Of a stretch of 62,000 nucleotides of DNA, positions 25,301 to 41,053 are shown in pieces (within the stretch, counting starts at the first letter, position 1; the number at the start of each line of letters is the position of its first letter). Source of the stretch: Octopus vulgaris (lineage: Eukaryota); the NCBI GenBank assembly GCA_951406725.2, contig OX597815.1, positions 35,546,001 through 35,608,000 of the forward strand. The letters are read 5' to 3'. The translations under genes were made by a program, and so were the position numbers. Below the pieces are notes generated by a model that did not search any database, was not told where the DNA came from, and saw nothing but the letters and a program-made list of their open reading frames with translations.

Positions 25301-28300
25301 TCTTCGTTGACGCCCGACACCACTGGGAGGTGGCCCTCGAAGTCGCTGGAAATGGAGATTTCCAGGTCCAAATTCTTGGATGGTTGTTTACAGTGTTGAA
25401 CCATCAAGGTTAACAGAGCCATTAAGACTTTTGTCTTTAAAAGGAATATATACCTTCCTCAGAAATATAAATAGATATGATATGAAATGCAAAAGTCTTT
25501 TTGAGTTGATATATAAAATGTATTTATTGTTACAGATATGTATTGCTGCATCATGTGATGGGTCAGCTGGAAGGTGTGAAAGGTGCTTGGGGTTATGTCC
25601 AAGGTGGTATGGGTTCAGTCTCTCAGGCAATTGCTAATTGTGCCACAGACCAAGGTGCAGATATTTTCACAAACAAGGTATTGCTTTTTTATTATTCTTA
25701 ATCTTTGTTTGATTTTTACATTTAGTTCTTTCTCAGATGAATATTGTTACCTTCCAGTGTCAACTGCAGAAACATACCATGAATTTTCTGATCTTCCAAT
25801 AGATATTCCTATCTGTAGAAATATATGACACGATTACTGTGAGTTTAGGGTACTGCATTACTATTCACTAAGTCATAAACTGAAATGCATAAGTCAATTT
25901 GCCCCAGTTTGTATGACTGATAAGTAGTTCAAACCTTTTTGTGACTGTATTTTGAAAATAATTAAGAATTTGGATTGATTTAGTAAATTAACATTTTTAT
26001 TATTATAATTAAACTGGTTTTTGGAACATAGTTTAATAAATATTTCTTAATATAAAATTATGATAAAAAGTTTTAATTTAAATGTAAAGAGTTTAAAAAC
26101 AGAATCAGAGACAATCTCAAGCAGGTTGGCATCAACATGGTTAAATCCTGTTTCAAAGATGACAAGATAGTGATATGAAGGACAGTCAAGGTGACAATTT
26201 TTACTCTGTTAATAAACACTCCACTCTTTATAATATGCAGAATTAGAAGTAAATTATTAAAATATCAAATAATATCCACTAGTCAAATGGTCGTTTTATG
26301 GCTTGTATTGTTGATATAAGATGCTTAATCTCAGATGTGATAAAGGTGAACTAAAGAGTTCAACTTTATCAGTATGAATATCTACTGAATAAATTATCTC
26401 AAAATCTACCCAAATAACACATGTAATTATATTCTTCAATCTTATGACATAATGTGAGATTATACAGTATTATCTTTTCTTATGTTCATGTGTCAAAAGA
26501 TTTGTAAAATGTATATTATCAACACCACCTTTCTTAATTTCATTGCAATCTATTGGAAGTTAATATTTTCTCTGTTGACATCCATCTCAGTTAATTTTGC
26601 TTTTCTCCCAATTCTGGGCTTTCTTGAAGAAAAGCCCTTACATAACTGAGATGCAATCTCAACCCAAAATTTCATATCATCATAGTCCTTTGGTAATGGA
26701 GGTACCTAGTGGCTTTTTACATAAACAATATATGAATTAACAATAGCTAAATTCACAAAAAACCACAAAATGTACCTCCGCCATTTCTTTCCAGGCCATC
26801 CAACTGGGTAGTATGCCCAATACTGGTTGGAGTTGTCAATACTACCCATCAGCTTTGCCACAGTCAGATTGAATGAAACAAGTAAAAGAATATCTGTGCT
26901 ATAGCATGCATACCACCACATCAGCATTCTGAGCATACTTGAAATTGTTTTATTTTGTACTTATAGAAAATTTGAGGTACCCCACTGGGCTGTGTGTTGT
27001 GTTCTTGAGCCAAACACTTCATTTCACATTGCTCCAGTCCACTCGGCTGTAAATAAATAACCCTGTGACAGACTGGCATCCTGTGCAGGTGGAATGTTTT
27101 GATCTTGGTTATTCACAATGGGGTGCTGTAAAGTTCCTGGCTTCAAGGGCATTGGGAAAGGTCTGATTAGAAACCAAACCTTCTCAGTTTTTTTTACAGG
27201 GCTTAGAAAAACTGAAGGACTGCTGCAATAAATGTGCGAATCTGAGAGGGGAATATGTTGAATGAAGTTATAATTAACTGATCCGCCTATATTTTCTTTT
27301 ATCCAAAGCCAGGAACTTTTCAGGAGCCCCCTCATATATACCATAGAAACCAGGTAACTGGCTCTATGATTCCTGAGACTGGAGATACTAATGTCCAAGG
27401 GTTGAGGAGGAGGAATAGTCATAGGATACCTCAGAATAAAATAAGAGTAGAAAAATGGTTTAATTTTTATCCAATAAAAATATGGATTCAGTTACACTTT
27501 TCACAAATAACTTCAGTTTTTCTTTTATCACTTCAAGCTCCCAAACTATTTGCTAATAAAACAAAAGTATAACATTTATCCCTTTCAAGAATAATATATA
27601 ACTAAATTTATTTCATTATACATTTATATGTAACTAATATATAATATATATAATTTATAACTAAATTTATTTCATTATACATTCATTTGATTGGTTATAT
27701 TCACTTGCACTTATTCATTGACAAACCCCAATACTTCGTTTTTGGTTTTATTCATACAATTGCAGTAGCTAAGACAGCAGAGTACTAAATCGACTACTTC
27801 ATTGTAATGCATCTAGTTTTGTATTTCATAGATATCAATAGAGTAATAAACTATTCCATTTCAATTGACTCTAGCTTGACTTTGCACCTAATCAAAAGAA
27901 GTATTTATTCTCAGGTCAACCCACTGTTATCTCCCTTGTATTTTATTCCAGCCTGTCAGCACCATTCTGATAGAGAACAACAGAGCTAGAGGTGTTGTTC
28001 TAGAAGATGGTACTGAAGTAATTGCTCGAGCAGTATTGTCCAATGCCACTCCTAAAGTTACATTTTTGGATCTTCTTCCAAAAGTCAGTATTTTTTTAAT
28101 TAGTAAATTATTTGTATTTATTTGCCATTTCCTTTTCCTTAATGCATTTTCTCTTTTTTCTTGTTTAGAGTTATGGCATAATTAAACCAATTTTCAGAAA
28201 TCTGTCCTGCTTCAGACATAGTTTATTATGTTTGAGAAGGACATAAATGTACTTTAAGCACAGCATAGCAAGGTGTGTTCGGTGATGAGGCAGTAAAATG

Positions 28301-29014
28301 TGTTTTGATGCAAGTTATTACTTAAGTATGTGAGATACAGTGCTATAGCAAGATGTTTGATGTGATATAACAAGATGTTTGATGTGTTACAGCAAGATGT
28401 TTGATGTGATATAACAAGGTGGTTGATGTGATTTAGTAAGATGTGTTTGGGGTGAGGTACAATAAGTTCTAATGAAGGTGCTGTGCACTGGTTCTATACT
28501 AAATATTTGACCAAAATACAACTGTCAAGAATCCAGTCCATCTAGATGTAAATAGGTTTTAAAGAATAGTACAATTCCTTGTTGTAAGCAATAGGAGGAT
28601 TATATAGTTGAAACAGGTCTTCAAGACTGCAGTACACTGGCTAACTCTTCCTTCTCTGAGACTAATTCAGAGCCTGTGAAGTGAGAATCAGTGGAGGTTT
28701 TAGGAAGAAGAAAGATGAGTGAACTGTAAGATCTTCCCCATGACTTTCGGAAACATTTTTTCATGCTAAAAGTTGCTGAAGCATGGAACAAACTGCCGGT
28801 ATCAGTTGTTAGTTGTTGGAGCACTGCATCCTTCAAAACTTCCATGCTTCCTGAGATTTGCCAACACTACACCTGATTTTCTCCCTTCCATACACACGCA
28901 AGAATGTATCTGACTCATACACTGTTCACTTTCCAGACATTTGTACATTACTGCATACGCTTTATATGCACTTTTGACAAGTTGTGGTGCACCTGAGCAC
29001 TGTATACAATAATT

Positions 29015-29070
<56 letters not shown>

Positions 29071-32000
29071 GGGTATGGGGCATATAGTTCAGAAAAGAAG
29101 CCATTGTAATAGCAATAGAAGGAGAGCAGAAACCCTATTTGTGAGTAAGTTGTTGCTGCATGTAGGTGAGTGCATCATTGCCAATCAGTTTAATGATTGG
29201 CAATCTGTTGAATGTGAGCTAGTGTGTGTGTATGTGTACATATGTGTGAGTGCGTATATAGTAACATCCCATTTATGTAAATAGTACTCCACTTCATCTG
29301 GTAACTGTCAAGTAAATAATATATTTAACTCACAAGAGATCAATATAATCCTTTCTACAGTAGGCACAATGCCTGGAATTTGTAGGGAGTAGGATAGTCG
29401 ATCAGATTAACCCCAGTACTTGACTGGTTCTTAATTTATCTACCTCGAACAGACAAAAGGCAAAGTTGGCCTTGGCAGAATTTGAACCCAAAACGTAAAG
29501 CATTTTTCCCAGCATGCTAACAATTCTGCCTGTTTGCTGGTTTCAACAACAGATCAACATAATGTTGACAGAATTATCAACATTGTTTTCCAGTAGAGTT
29601 TAATAGCCATTACAAAGTAATTTCTGAAGAAAATTATAGAACATCATAGAGAATATGAATTAAGCTTCAGAGAACTTACTACACCAAATATAAATGAAAA
29701 GCTAAAAAGAGGCAAAATTATGACACCTTTGTGGTTTGATCTGAATGTTACTAATCAAAATCTTTCCTACTTTCCCAATCTATCTTTTCTAAAACTACAT
29801 TCCTCTTGAATTACTTCTTTGTCTATGTTTTTACTACAAACAAACCGAATATGCACAGTTTTCATAGGTCCTGCAAACATCATTATCACTGGTCATCTTC
29901 CTTCCACTATCTTATTTTTAGATGTTAGAAATCTAAAATTGGTTTACAGTAAAGGTAGATGAAGTAAAATTAGATGAAGTAGATGAAGTAAAATTAGATG
30001 AAGTCAAGTTTCTAATTTGCAATATTTCAGGGAACCTTATCCACTGACCTTACCAAAGAAATAGAAGTGATAGATTATACTTCACCAGTGACAAAGATCA
30101 ATGGTAAGAAAAAAATTGTGCTTTCTTTTATATTTATTTATTTATAATAAAAATTAGCTTTCTGCACATGTGTCTACAGGCAAGATGTTTTGAGGAAGAC
30201 TGGCAGTTTGTATGTGGCTGCTCATTTTGCTAGAAATGATAGCCAAATCTCCTCTAAACTTTTCCATACCATTTTTAAAATGACTGAATATACAGAATAA
30301 TATAATTCTGAATATAACATGTAAGAAAAAAAACCAGGCTTGGGCCAAATATTCAGCACCCTTGGCCCAGCCCTACCAATTACATGACCTTCTTCCAGTC
30401 CAACAAAGTGTAACCTGCTTTTCCCAATCCCACAATAAATCTCCAATTTTTCCCCTGAACATCCTTCTGCTATCTCTTCCTTAGAAAATACAGTCAGAAA
30501 ATTAATTAATTACAAACAAATAATCAAGTAAATTTTTACTTGAAATATTTCATGTTGAATCATGTGGCAGGTCATAACACTACATAGACCTCTCACCCTG
30601 CCTTGCCACTTACCCATGTCCTTTCTTCTTTGTTCCAAGAATGACCTCACTTCCTTTCATTCATGTTTCAAACTGTATTAAGAAATTTTGAGTAGGTTAC
30701 TTGATGTGGGAGGACCCTGATTTTAATGCCTGAGGCAATCAACCAGTTTATCTAATGCATAACACTTGCAACAGTTCCCTATTAATGACAGGAATGTAAC
30801 AGTCTCTCTCAATCTTTTGATTACCCATCATCATCATCATCATTTAATGTCCACTTTCCATGCTAGCATGGGTTGGACAAGTTGACTGAGGTCTGGCGAA
30901 CCAGATGGCTGCACCAGACTCCAATCTGATCTGGCAGAGTTTCTACAGCTGGATGCCCTTCCTAATGCTAACCACTCTGAGAGTGTAGTGGGTGCTTTTA
31001 CGTGCCACTGGCACGAGGGCCAGTCAGGCGGTACTGGCAGCGACCATGCTCAAATGGTGCTTTTTATGTCCCATATTTAACAATGTAAATTATATTGAGG
31101 TTTAGCAGTGTAACAACAAAGCAATCAAATAAAATTAAAGCTTTGAAAAGCTAACTTATTTGAGAGGAGTGGTAGTGGATCTGATGTTTAGAAATAAAGT
31201 CAAATAATTGAATAAATAATTTATTTAAAGTCATAAAAATTGCTAATTGAGATTTTTCTTTTTTCCTTCCAAATACCAACATGTTATTTTAGTCGCTGTG
31301 AAAGAGCTGCCCAACTTTACTGCTGATCCAAACACCAAGAAGAACACACCAATGCCACATCACCAGTGTACCATCCATTTAAACTGCGAACACACTGATT
31401 TAATTCATCAAGCTTATCTCGATGCACAAAATGGGTATCCTTCACGCAAGTAATAGAGAATTTCAACTTTTGAGCCTTTGTTGCTTAGTTCTTACTATCT
31501 TATACTTATTTTAGTCATTGAACTGTGGCTATGCTGGAGCACTGCCTTGAATGATTTAGTCAAACAAATCGACCCCAATACTTATTCTATCAGTTTGTCA
31601 AACTGCTAAGTTATGGGGACATAAACACCCCAACACCTGTTATCAGGAGATGTGGAGGCAAATACAAATGCAAGACACACACACATATATTTACATATAC
31701 AACATATTTCCATTGTTTCCCTCAACTAAATTCACTCACAGACATTGGTCAGCCTGAGGTTAAAGTAGAAGACACTTGTCCAAGGTGCCACACAGTAGGA
31801 CTGAACCTGAAACTACATGGTTGAGGAGCTAGCTTCTTAACCACAAAACCATGTCTGCACCTAGCTGTTGTCATTGCTGTTGTTATTATATATGATATTT
31901 TAAGTTAACAGTTATATACTATTGTTTGTTAATATTATATCAGTATCATCATCATATCTCATTCTTTCTCCTAATCATCATCATACTACAGTCCTCATTA

Positions 32001-35000
32001 GCATCGTTATTTTCCTTACCATGATCACTGCCATCATCATTATCATCATTGTTCTCGTCACTAAAAGTATTAACAACTTGATAGAATTTTTAGATCATCA
32101 GACAAAATGACTTACAGCCCTCTCCTTTTTAAGTTCAAATCTCACAGAGGTCATCTGTCTTTCTTCCTTCAAAAATAGAATTTCCTTCATTAAAATAGAA
32201 TACCAGTAAAGTACTAATATCAATTTAATTAACTGGCTCCTCCACCTCTTCCTCCACTAAATTTGTGACATAGTGTTTATGTTAGTAAATAGCTGGCCCT
32301 GTGCTGTCAAAAATGAAGCTAATTGTAGTGTTTTATATATAAACTAGCAGAGATACCTGACATTACTTAGGATTAAAATGGATTAGTCTTTTATTGTTTT
32401 ACTTGTTTCAATCATGTGACTGTGGTCATGTTGGAACACTGTCTTTAGTCAAACAAATCAACGCCAAGATTTATTTCTAAGCCTAGTACTTATTCAATCA
32501 GTGTCTTTTACAGAACTGCTAAGTTATGGGCATGTAAACACAGCAACATTGGTTGTCAGACGATGGTGTTGCATACAGACACACAAACATACACACACAA
32601 ATATACACATACATACAACAAGCTTTCAATTTCCGTATACAAAATTCACACAAGGCTTTGGTAAACCTGACATGCGTAATCTTGCAAAGAATGAAGCCAG
32701 TATGCTCCGATGGATGTGTAATGTCAGTGTGCATACTCAACAGATTGTAAGTACCTTGAGAGAAAAGTTAGACCTAAGAAGCATCAGATGTGGTGTGCAA
32801 GAGAGACAACTGCACTGGTATGGCCGTGTGACAAGAATGGATGTGGATAGCTGTGGGAAAAGTGCCACACCCTAGCGGTTGAGGGTACCTGTGGAAGAGG
32901 TAGACCCAGGAAGACCTGGGATGAGGTAGTGAAGCATGACCGAACATTGGGCCTCACTGAGGCAATGACTAGTGACCGGGACCTTTGGAAATATGCTGTG
33001 CTTGAGAAGACCCGGAAAGCCAAATGAGACCATAACCTCATGACCTATGCCAGGGGTGTAACCAGACCACTTATGCACACCTTTCCTTCATTGGGCACTA
33101 AAGTCTGCTTGCGAAGACCTGTTGAGGCAATCAAAATCGAAATCAAATTTGATGACTGGCATCCGTGCTAGTGGAGCACTAAGAGCACCATCCAAGTGTG
33201 ATTGTTGCCAGAGTGGCTAACTGGCTTCCATGCTGGTGGCATGTAAAAGCACCATTCAAGCGTGATCGTTACCAGTGACAAAAAAACAGTCCTCTATACT
33301 CTACCAACATGCCAAAGACCGCCATAGAGGCAACTTGGGTCAACTTGACATCCACATCTTATCCAAGCACACACATAGCAGTAGTAATAGAAAAACAAAT
33401 TTTAAGAGAAAATCCTGTATACGATACCAAACTAAAGAGATTTAACAAATAATTAGGTAATCTGCAGTAACAAGATCAAATTCTTCTGACATTTAAAAAT
33501 GACTGCAGTTGATGGCTTATAAAATGCATGAGCTTGTTTTAGCAGCCTTTTCTTGAACCACCCATAAACTAAACCCTGACTGTATGTTTATAAGATAAAG
33601 ACTGATTTTCTCGGACATTTTTAGGTAAAATGTTTGCCTTATAAGCCATCATCACCATCATTTTCTTGTCCACTTTTCCGCACCTGCATGGGTCAGATGG
33701 AATTCTTTGAGGCAGGTTTTCTCTGGCCGGATGCCCTTCCTATAAGGAACCTCCACCTGTTTCCAGGTAAGGTAATATGTGGCAGGACCATGCTTTTATG
33801 GAAGACCAGAAACAAAGGACCTTGTTTGTATGACAGTGACATATGTTTACAACTATCCCATGATGCCAAGACAAGTACACACAGACAGACAGACACACAC
33901 ACACATACATATATATGGTGAATGAGCAAAAACAAAAAAAAACTAACACAAGAGGAGCAAGTTTCAACAAAGGTGTTATTAGTTTGTGTATATACACAAT
34001 GATCTTCAGTCTCCGTCCACCAAATCCATTTACAAGACATTGGTCAGCCAAGGGCTATAGTAGAAGACTTGTTGAGGATGCCATACAGTGGGACTGAACT
34101 CAAAACCATGTGGTTGGGAAGTAAACTTCTTCACACAGCCATCAAATATAATAATTTTACCTGATATTCTACTGATCTCATATATATATATATATATATA
34201 GTGGAGGCGCAATGGCCCAGTGGCTAGGGCAGCGGACTCGCGGTCATAGGACCGCGGTTTCGATTCCCAGACCGGGCGTTGTGAGTGTTTATTGAGCGAA
34301 AACACCTGAAGCTCCACGAGGCTCCGGCAGGGGATGGTGGTGATCCCTGCTGTACTCTTTCACCACAACTTTCTCTCACTCTTACTTCCTGTTTCTGTTG
34401 TACCTGTATTTCAAAGGGCCGGCCTTGTCACTCTCTGTGTCACGCTGAATATCCCCGAGAACTACGTTAAGGGTACACGTGTCTGTGGAGTGCTCAGCCA
34501 CTTACACGTTAATTTCACAAGCAGGCTGTTCCGTTGATTCGGATCAACCAGAACCCTCATCGTCGTAACCGACGGAGTGCTTCCCAGTATATATATATAC
34601 ATACATATATACATATATAATTTTTGATTTTATAAGCCTTTTCTTTTTCGTTTCTTCTTTTTTATTTTTTGAAAGGCCAGTCATTGAAATGGTGATTCCA
34701 TCCAGTGTTGATTCAACTATTTCTCCCCCTGGCTCTCATGTTGTCTTACTCTTTACCCAGTACACACCATACACTCTAAAGAATGGACTCTTTTGGGATG
34801 AAGAAGCCAGAAAGAACTATGCAGACATAGGTAAGCTTATCATTTGATTTATTATCATACGAGATGCCAATATTAAGTTAATCATTCTGCAGGCATGTCT
34901 TTGCAGCTAAAAAAAATTGCTTTACATCCAAATAGCTTTGAGTACAATCCTTCTGTGTAGTACCTTGAACAAGTGTCTTCCACTCCAGCCTCAGATCAAC

Positions 35001-36199
35001 CAAATCTTCATAAGTGAAACTTGGTAGCTTGAAACTGACTGGGAGTCTGTTAGAGAGACCATTTTTGTTATTGGATAGTAGAATTTAATCTATCTCTCAA
35101 GTTTAATACCACAATCTGATACTTGAGTTATTTGTGGAACCCACTCTGTTGCAAGCCTCCAGACAAGTTCTCTGATCTGTGGATCAATTCTTCTTTTCCT
35201 CCAATCAGTCTCAGATATTCTGAGAAGAACCATGGTTGATTCCTTTCTTCTTCTGACCAAGCTATTTTTTTGACAATATACCATGCTTGAGGAGACTCGT
35301 CAAGCCTTGTGAAATCATAATTGTGGCCAATACTGGTGTCACATAACTGGCATCTGTGCCAGTGGCACATATAAGCACCCATACCATTGGCACATAAAAA
35401 GCACCCGTCACACTCTTGGAGTGGTTGGCATTAGGAAGGGCATCTAACCATACACACCATGCCACTTGGTGCATCTTTCCAGTTTACCAGTTCCAGTCAA
35501 ACCGTCTAACCCATGCCAGCATGGAAAACGGGTGTTAAATGATGATGATGATGATGGTGATGGTGATGATGATGATGATGATGATGATGTCAGCAACAAA
35601 ACTCGAGATCCTCTGATATTAAGAGAACACGAGATAAAGCTCCCTTGGACAGGATGTTTGGCTATCACAGGTAATTTACTCCCTATCTTACTAAAGCCTG
35701 TCCTGTACTTATCTCTGGGTGAGGTAGGCTGAGGCAATGCAAAATTAAATGTCTTGCCTTAGTGCACATCAAAAATCCGAGTGTGATCATTGCCAGAGCA
35801 GCTAACTGGCTTCTGTGCTGGTGGCACGTAAAAAGTACCATTTGAGCGTGATCGTTACCAGTGTTGCATTACTGGCACTTGTGAAAAAACATTTGAGTGA
35901 GGTTGTTGCCAGTGCCGCTGGACTGGCTCCTGTGCAGGTGGCACATAAAAAACACCACTTGAGCGTGGCCGTCGCCAGTACCGCCTGACTGGTCCTCGTG
36001 CCAGTGGCACGTAAAAGCACCCACTACACTCTCGGAGTGGTTGGTGTTAGGAAGGGCATCCAGTTGTAGAAACTCTGCCAGATCAGATTGGTGCCTGGTG
36101 CAACCATCTGGTTCGCCAGACCTCAGTTAAATTGTCCAACCCATGCTAGCATGGAAAGCGGACGTTTAACGATGATGATGATGATGATGATGATGATAA

Positions 36200-36233
<34 letters not shown>

Positions 36234-39200
36234 CAGTAGAACCTCACAGTACGAATGTAGCATTGTATGAGTAATTTGCTGTACGAGCCAAGAAACGTGC
36301 CAATTTTTGTCTTGAAGTATGAGCGGAAATCCACAGTACAAGCACACAAATCGTCTCATCTTTAAGGTACATCAGTTAATAAAACCAGTTTACACATTTC
36401 TTTTGCATTCTCTTTTTTATAATTTCACTTTATTTGTAACTACTACACCTTTATTTTTAAATCCATAAAAAATTATTTTTCAATGGTTTTGCGGGGCTGG
36501 AACTGATTAATTATATTTTAGTTAATTTCAATGGGAAATATTGATTTATAAAATAAGTAAATTGTAAGACGAGCTCGGTCATGGAACGAATTAAACTTCT
36601 ACTGCAAGGTTTCACTGTATATATAATATATATCTCTTTTCTTTTACTTATTTCAATCATTAGACTGGCCATGCAGGGGCCATGCCTTGAAGAATTTTTA
36701 GTTGAATGTATTGACCCCCAACTACTTGCTTCTTATAAGCCTGGTACTTGTTCTACTGATCTATTTTGCTGAACTGCCAAGTTATAGGGACATAAGCACA
36801 CCATCACCGGTTGTCAAGCAGTGGGAACAGACACAAAGACACACACACATATACAAAGGGCTTCTTTTGGTTTCTGTCTACCAAATCCACTCACAAGACT
36901 TTGGTCAGCCCAAGGCTGTAGTAGAAGATGCTTACCCAGGGTGATACACAATGGGACTGAACCTGGAACCATGTGGATGGGAAGCAAGCTTCTTACCACT
37001 CAGCCACGCCTGAACCTATATATATATGAGTGTGTGTAAAGTACAATCTAAGGAAGCGAGGGAGAGTGGGCATCAGTAGTAATTGATTAAAAGGATTTCA
37101 AAGGATATCAATAAATACCATTGGCAAGAGGAGTAGAATGAAAAAAATCAACCATTTCCAGCTCTTGCTCATCAATGGAGAATAGAGAAAGATGAAGGTG
37201 TTGTAGGCCTGTTCTGTGTGGAGTAAAGTAGGAGAGGAAACTGAATTTATCGATATTCCACATGCTCTCCTCTAAATACAAGGTTGAATTATTTCACATA
37301 AAACCCTAATAACAAAAAAAAAAGGTTTGGAGGGATTGCTATATATTATGTAATTCATAACAAACTATTGGATAACACTGATGTGGTTGTTTAAGCCAGT
37401 AAAATATATCAATCAGAAGTAATCAATACAGCAGAGAAAGAGCTTCATAAAGAAACAACTGAAAGAAGAAAGCCTCAAGATTTATTGTCAATAGAAACCT
37501 CAACTCAATGGATGGGGAAAATGAATGATTGATATAGTGGGTGGTGGTAGTGGTGGTGGCAGCAGTGGTTGTGGTGGGCGGAAGAGGAGGAGGAGGTTGA
37601 GTGAGTGGTGGTGATCATATTGTTTAGATTAAGTTTAGCCTTGATTTAGGAAATCTTTGATCAAAAGGCATTCCAGCTTTGACCACCACTCTGCCTTGTT
37701 TTCGGAAATAGTGTATCTTGGAGTACATTGTCTGATGTATACTTTCTTTTTCAAGATGGTAAGATGTAGCTGCTATTTCTGGGAGACCAAATGACCCTTT
37801 AAAAGCTACCTTGTATTGGTGAATATGATGGTGGTGTTGGTGATGTTGCTGCTGCTGATGATGATGATGAATGAATGAATGAATATTCACTGTACTCAGT
37901 TACTTCACTCCTTATTCCAAAAGTAATGTTGCACAAGAGAGTAAAAACAATATATGCCTAAGCCAATGAGGAGGCCTCTACAAAGTCACTCAGTCTGCTA
38001 GAAATAGCAGCTAAATTCCTCTTTTATCTGATCCTACTATCTTTAAAAAAATGAAGTGGGGAATGATGCCAGCTAGATAATCTTTTATCATAATTCTCTT
38101 CAACCAGGTTTTATCTAGGTTAACCTGTAGAAGCTATCACATTAATGCAAATTTAAGAGATTAATATTCTGTGTTGATAAAATATCATGCCATATAAAAC
38201 CTTGACTATAATTGTTTCTTATAAAGGCATAGAGTCTAAAACAGATTAAAGAGGAGATATGCTAAATTTTGATGACCTGGCATAGCAGTATCAGCTATAT
38301 TTGATGTAATGTCATTCAGCATTTTTGTAACACTACAGCAGTGAGATACCACTGTTGGGAAACATGCAACTATATATAATATTTTTTGTGTGTTACATCA
38401 ATTGTTTATTTCCAGCACTAAATAATACTAAACAGTGCTAAAAATCACAGACAGGATGGAGGTAGCATTGTTTGGACTCTTCACTATATGCACACACTTT
38501 AGTATATAATATGTGTGTGTATATATATATATATATCATCATCATCATCATTGTCATTTTTAAGTCTGCTTTCCATGCTAGCATGGGTTGGACAGTTTGA
38601 ATGAGGACTGGTAAACCAGAAGGCTGCAGCAGGCTCCAATCTGATCTGGCAAAGTTTCAACAGCTGGATGCCCTTCCTAACACTAACCACTCCGAGAGTG
38701 TAGTGGGTGCTTTTACATGCCACTGGCATGAGGGCCTATCAGGCGGTTCTGGCAACCACCATGCTCAAAAGGTGTTTTTTACGTGCTACCTGCATGGGAG
38801 CCAGTCTGGCAGCACTGGCAATGACCACACTCAAATGTTTGTTTTTCACGTGCCATCAGCACATGTGCCAGTAAGGCAATGCTGGCAACGACCACGGTCG
38901 AATGGTGCTTTTTACATGCCACCAGCACAGGAGCCAATCCATGGCCCTGGCAACGATCACGCTCGGATGCGCCTTTAATGTTCCACTGGCATGAGTGCCA
39001 ATCAAGCAGTACTGTCATCAGCCACGTCAGCGATTTTGATTTGATTTCACTTGCCTCAATTGGTCTTTGCAAGCAGAGTTTATTGTTCAGTGAATGAGGG
39101 GTACTCATAAGTGGGCTGGTTACATATATTATGCCATTAAGCTGGGTGTGTAAGTTGAGAGAGATGAGATGAGGAAAGTGGCAAGCTTTTGCAAGAGTTA

Positions 39201-40172
39201 ACTATGTGAAGTGAAGTAGTTCCACTTTATTACCAATTCCCACTTTCTTGAATTTATGGAAGCCTAACAGCAACCACCATGCTTATCTAAAATATTTAGT
39301 ACCACACAATTTATACTCCGAAATATCAACTTCATATTTTGTTGCATACAAGGCACAGGCATGGCTGTGTGAGTAAGATATTTGCTTGCAGCCAAATCGT
39401 TTCAGGTTCACCCACAATATGCAGCACACTGGACAAGTGTTTTTGATTATACCAAGTGAATTTGAGACAAAAACTGAAAGAAGCCTGTCGTATGTGTATG
39501 TGTGTGATCATCACCATCATCATTTAGCATCTGCTTTTCGTGCTGGCATGGATTAAACAGTTTGACTAAAACTATTATGCTGGAAGCTGCACCGGGTTCC
39601 AATCTAATTTGGCATGGCTTCTACAACTGGATGCCCATCCTAACGATAGAGAGAATAGTGATGGTGATGATGATGGCAGAAATGCTAGTAAGGAAAATTA
39701 TTTTTAACATAAACATGTCACAAATTTAAATAGCGACTAGCCACCTTAATAATAATAATAATCATCATCATCGTTTAACGTCCGCTTTATATATATATAG
39801 CTATGTAGTTCAGAAGTTTACTTCCCAACCATGTGGTTTTGGGTTCAGTCCCAACATGGCACCTTGAGCAGGTGACTTCTACAATAGCACCTGAACAACC
39901 AAAACCTTGTGAGTGGATTTGGTTGATGGAAACTGCAAGAAAAGCTCATTGGATATAAATAAATGTGTGTGTGTGTGTGGAGGGGTGTATGTATACTTGC
40001 ATGTGTGTGTTTGTCACTCCTTGTCTTGACACCAATGGATAGATATAGCAAGTATTGCTGCCATACAAGTAGAGTCTTTAATAAAACATGTCAGGTAATG
40101 GAGAAATAATACCTTGTGGCAACAAAAAGTGCATCAAGGCATAGAAAATCTACCTCAATAAATCCCATCAGA

Positions 40173-40211
<39 letters not shown>

Positions 40212-40759
40212 TCCGGTCGAACCGTCCAACCCGTGCTAGCGCGGAAAACGGACGTTAAACGATGATGATGATGATATATATATGTGGAGGCGCAATGGCC
40301 CAGTGGTTAGGGCAGCGGACTCGCGGTCGTAGGATCACGGTTTCGATTCCCAGACTGGGCGTTGTGTGCGTTTATTGAGTGAAAACACCTAAAAGTTCCA
40401 CGAAGCTCCAGCAGGGGGTGGTGGCAATCCCTGCTGTACTCTTTCACTCTTTCTTCTGTTGACCTGCTCGCTTAGCCAGCAGGCAGGCATGTATGTATGT
40501 GTGCATTTATGTCTTCCCAAAGTCAATGTTCATACAAACAGTGTCATTTGTTTGCAACCTTCCATGGAAATATATCCAGCCATTGAGTTGTTCATTGTTT
40601 GATTGCTTGAAGGACTCAGGGGAAATATCACCTTGCTTGTAAACAGGCAAGGGATGGTGACAGGTAGGGTGTGCAATCATAGAAATTTTGCTTCATATGT
40701 CTGACCCATGTAAGCGTAAAAAAGTGGATACTGAAATGATGATGATGACTAGAAGGAGG

Positions 40760-40816
<57 letters not shown>

Positions 40817-41011
40817 TTTTGTATGTATGTATTTTCCAGTGTTTAATGATATTGAAAACTATGCCCCTGGATTTAAATCAAGCATCATTGGATATGACCT
40901 ACTGGCTCCACCAGACCTTGAAAGTACTTTTGGACTTACAGGAGGGGTGAGTTTTATTTACTATGTTTGTAGAAACTAAATCAAATCTACTAATCTCTAG
41001 CACAACCTTGT

Positions 41012-41053
<42 letters not shown>

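Noticed and set aside
34202-34275. tRNA gene
   Set aside because: A and B boxes are present but the acceptor stem is not complementary and the sequence continues into a shared SINE body; the same holds for the other tRNA-like heads.
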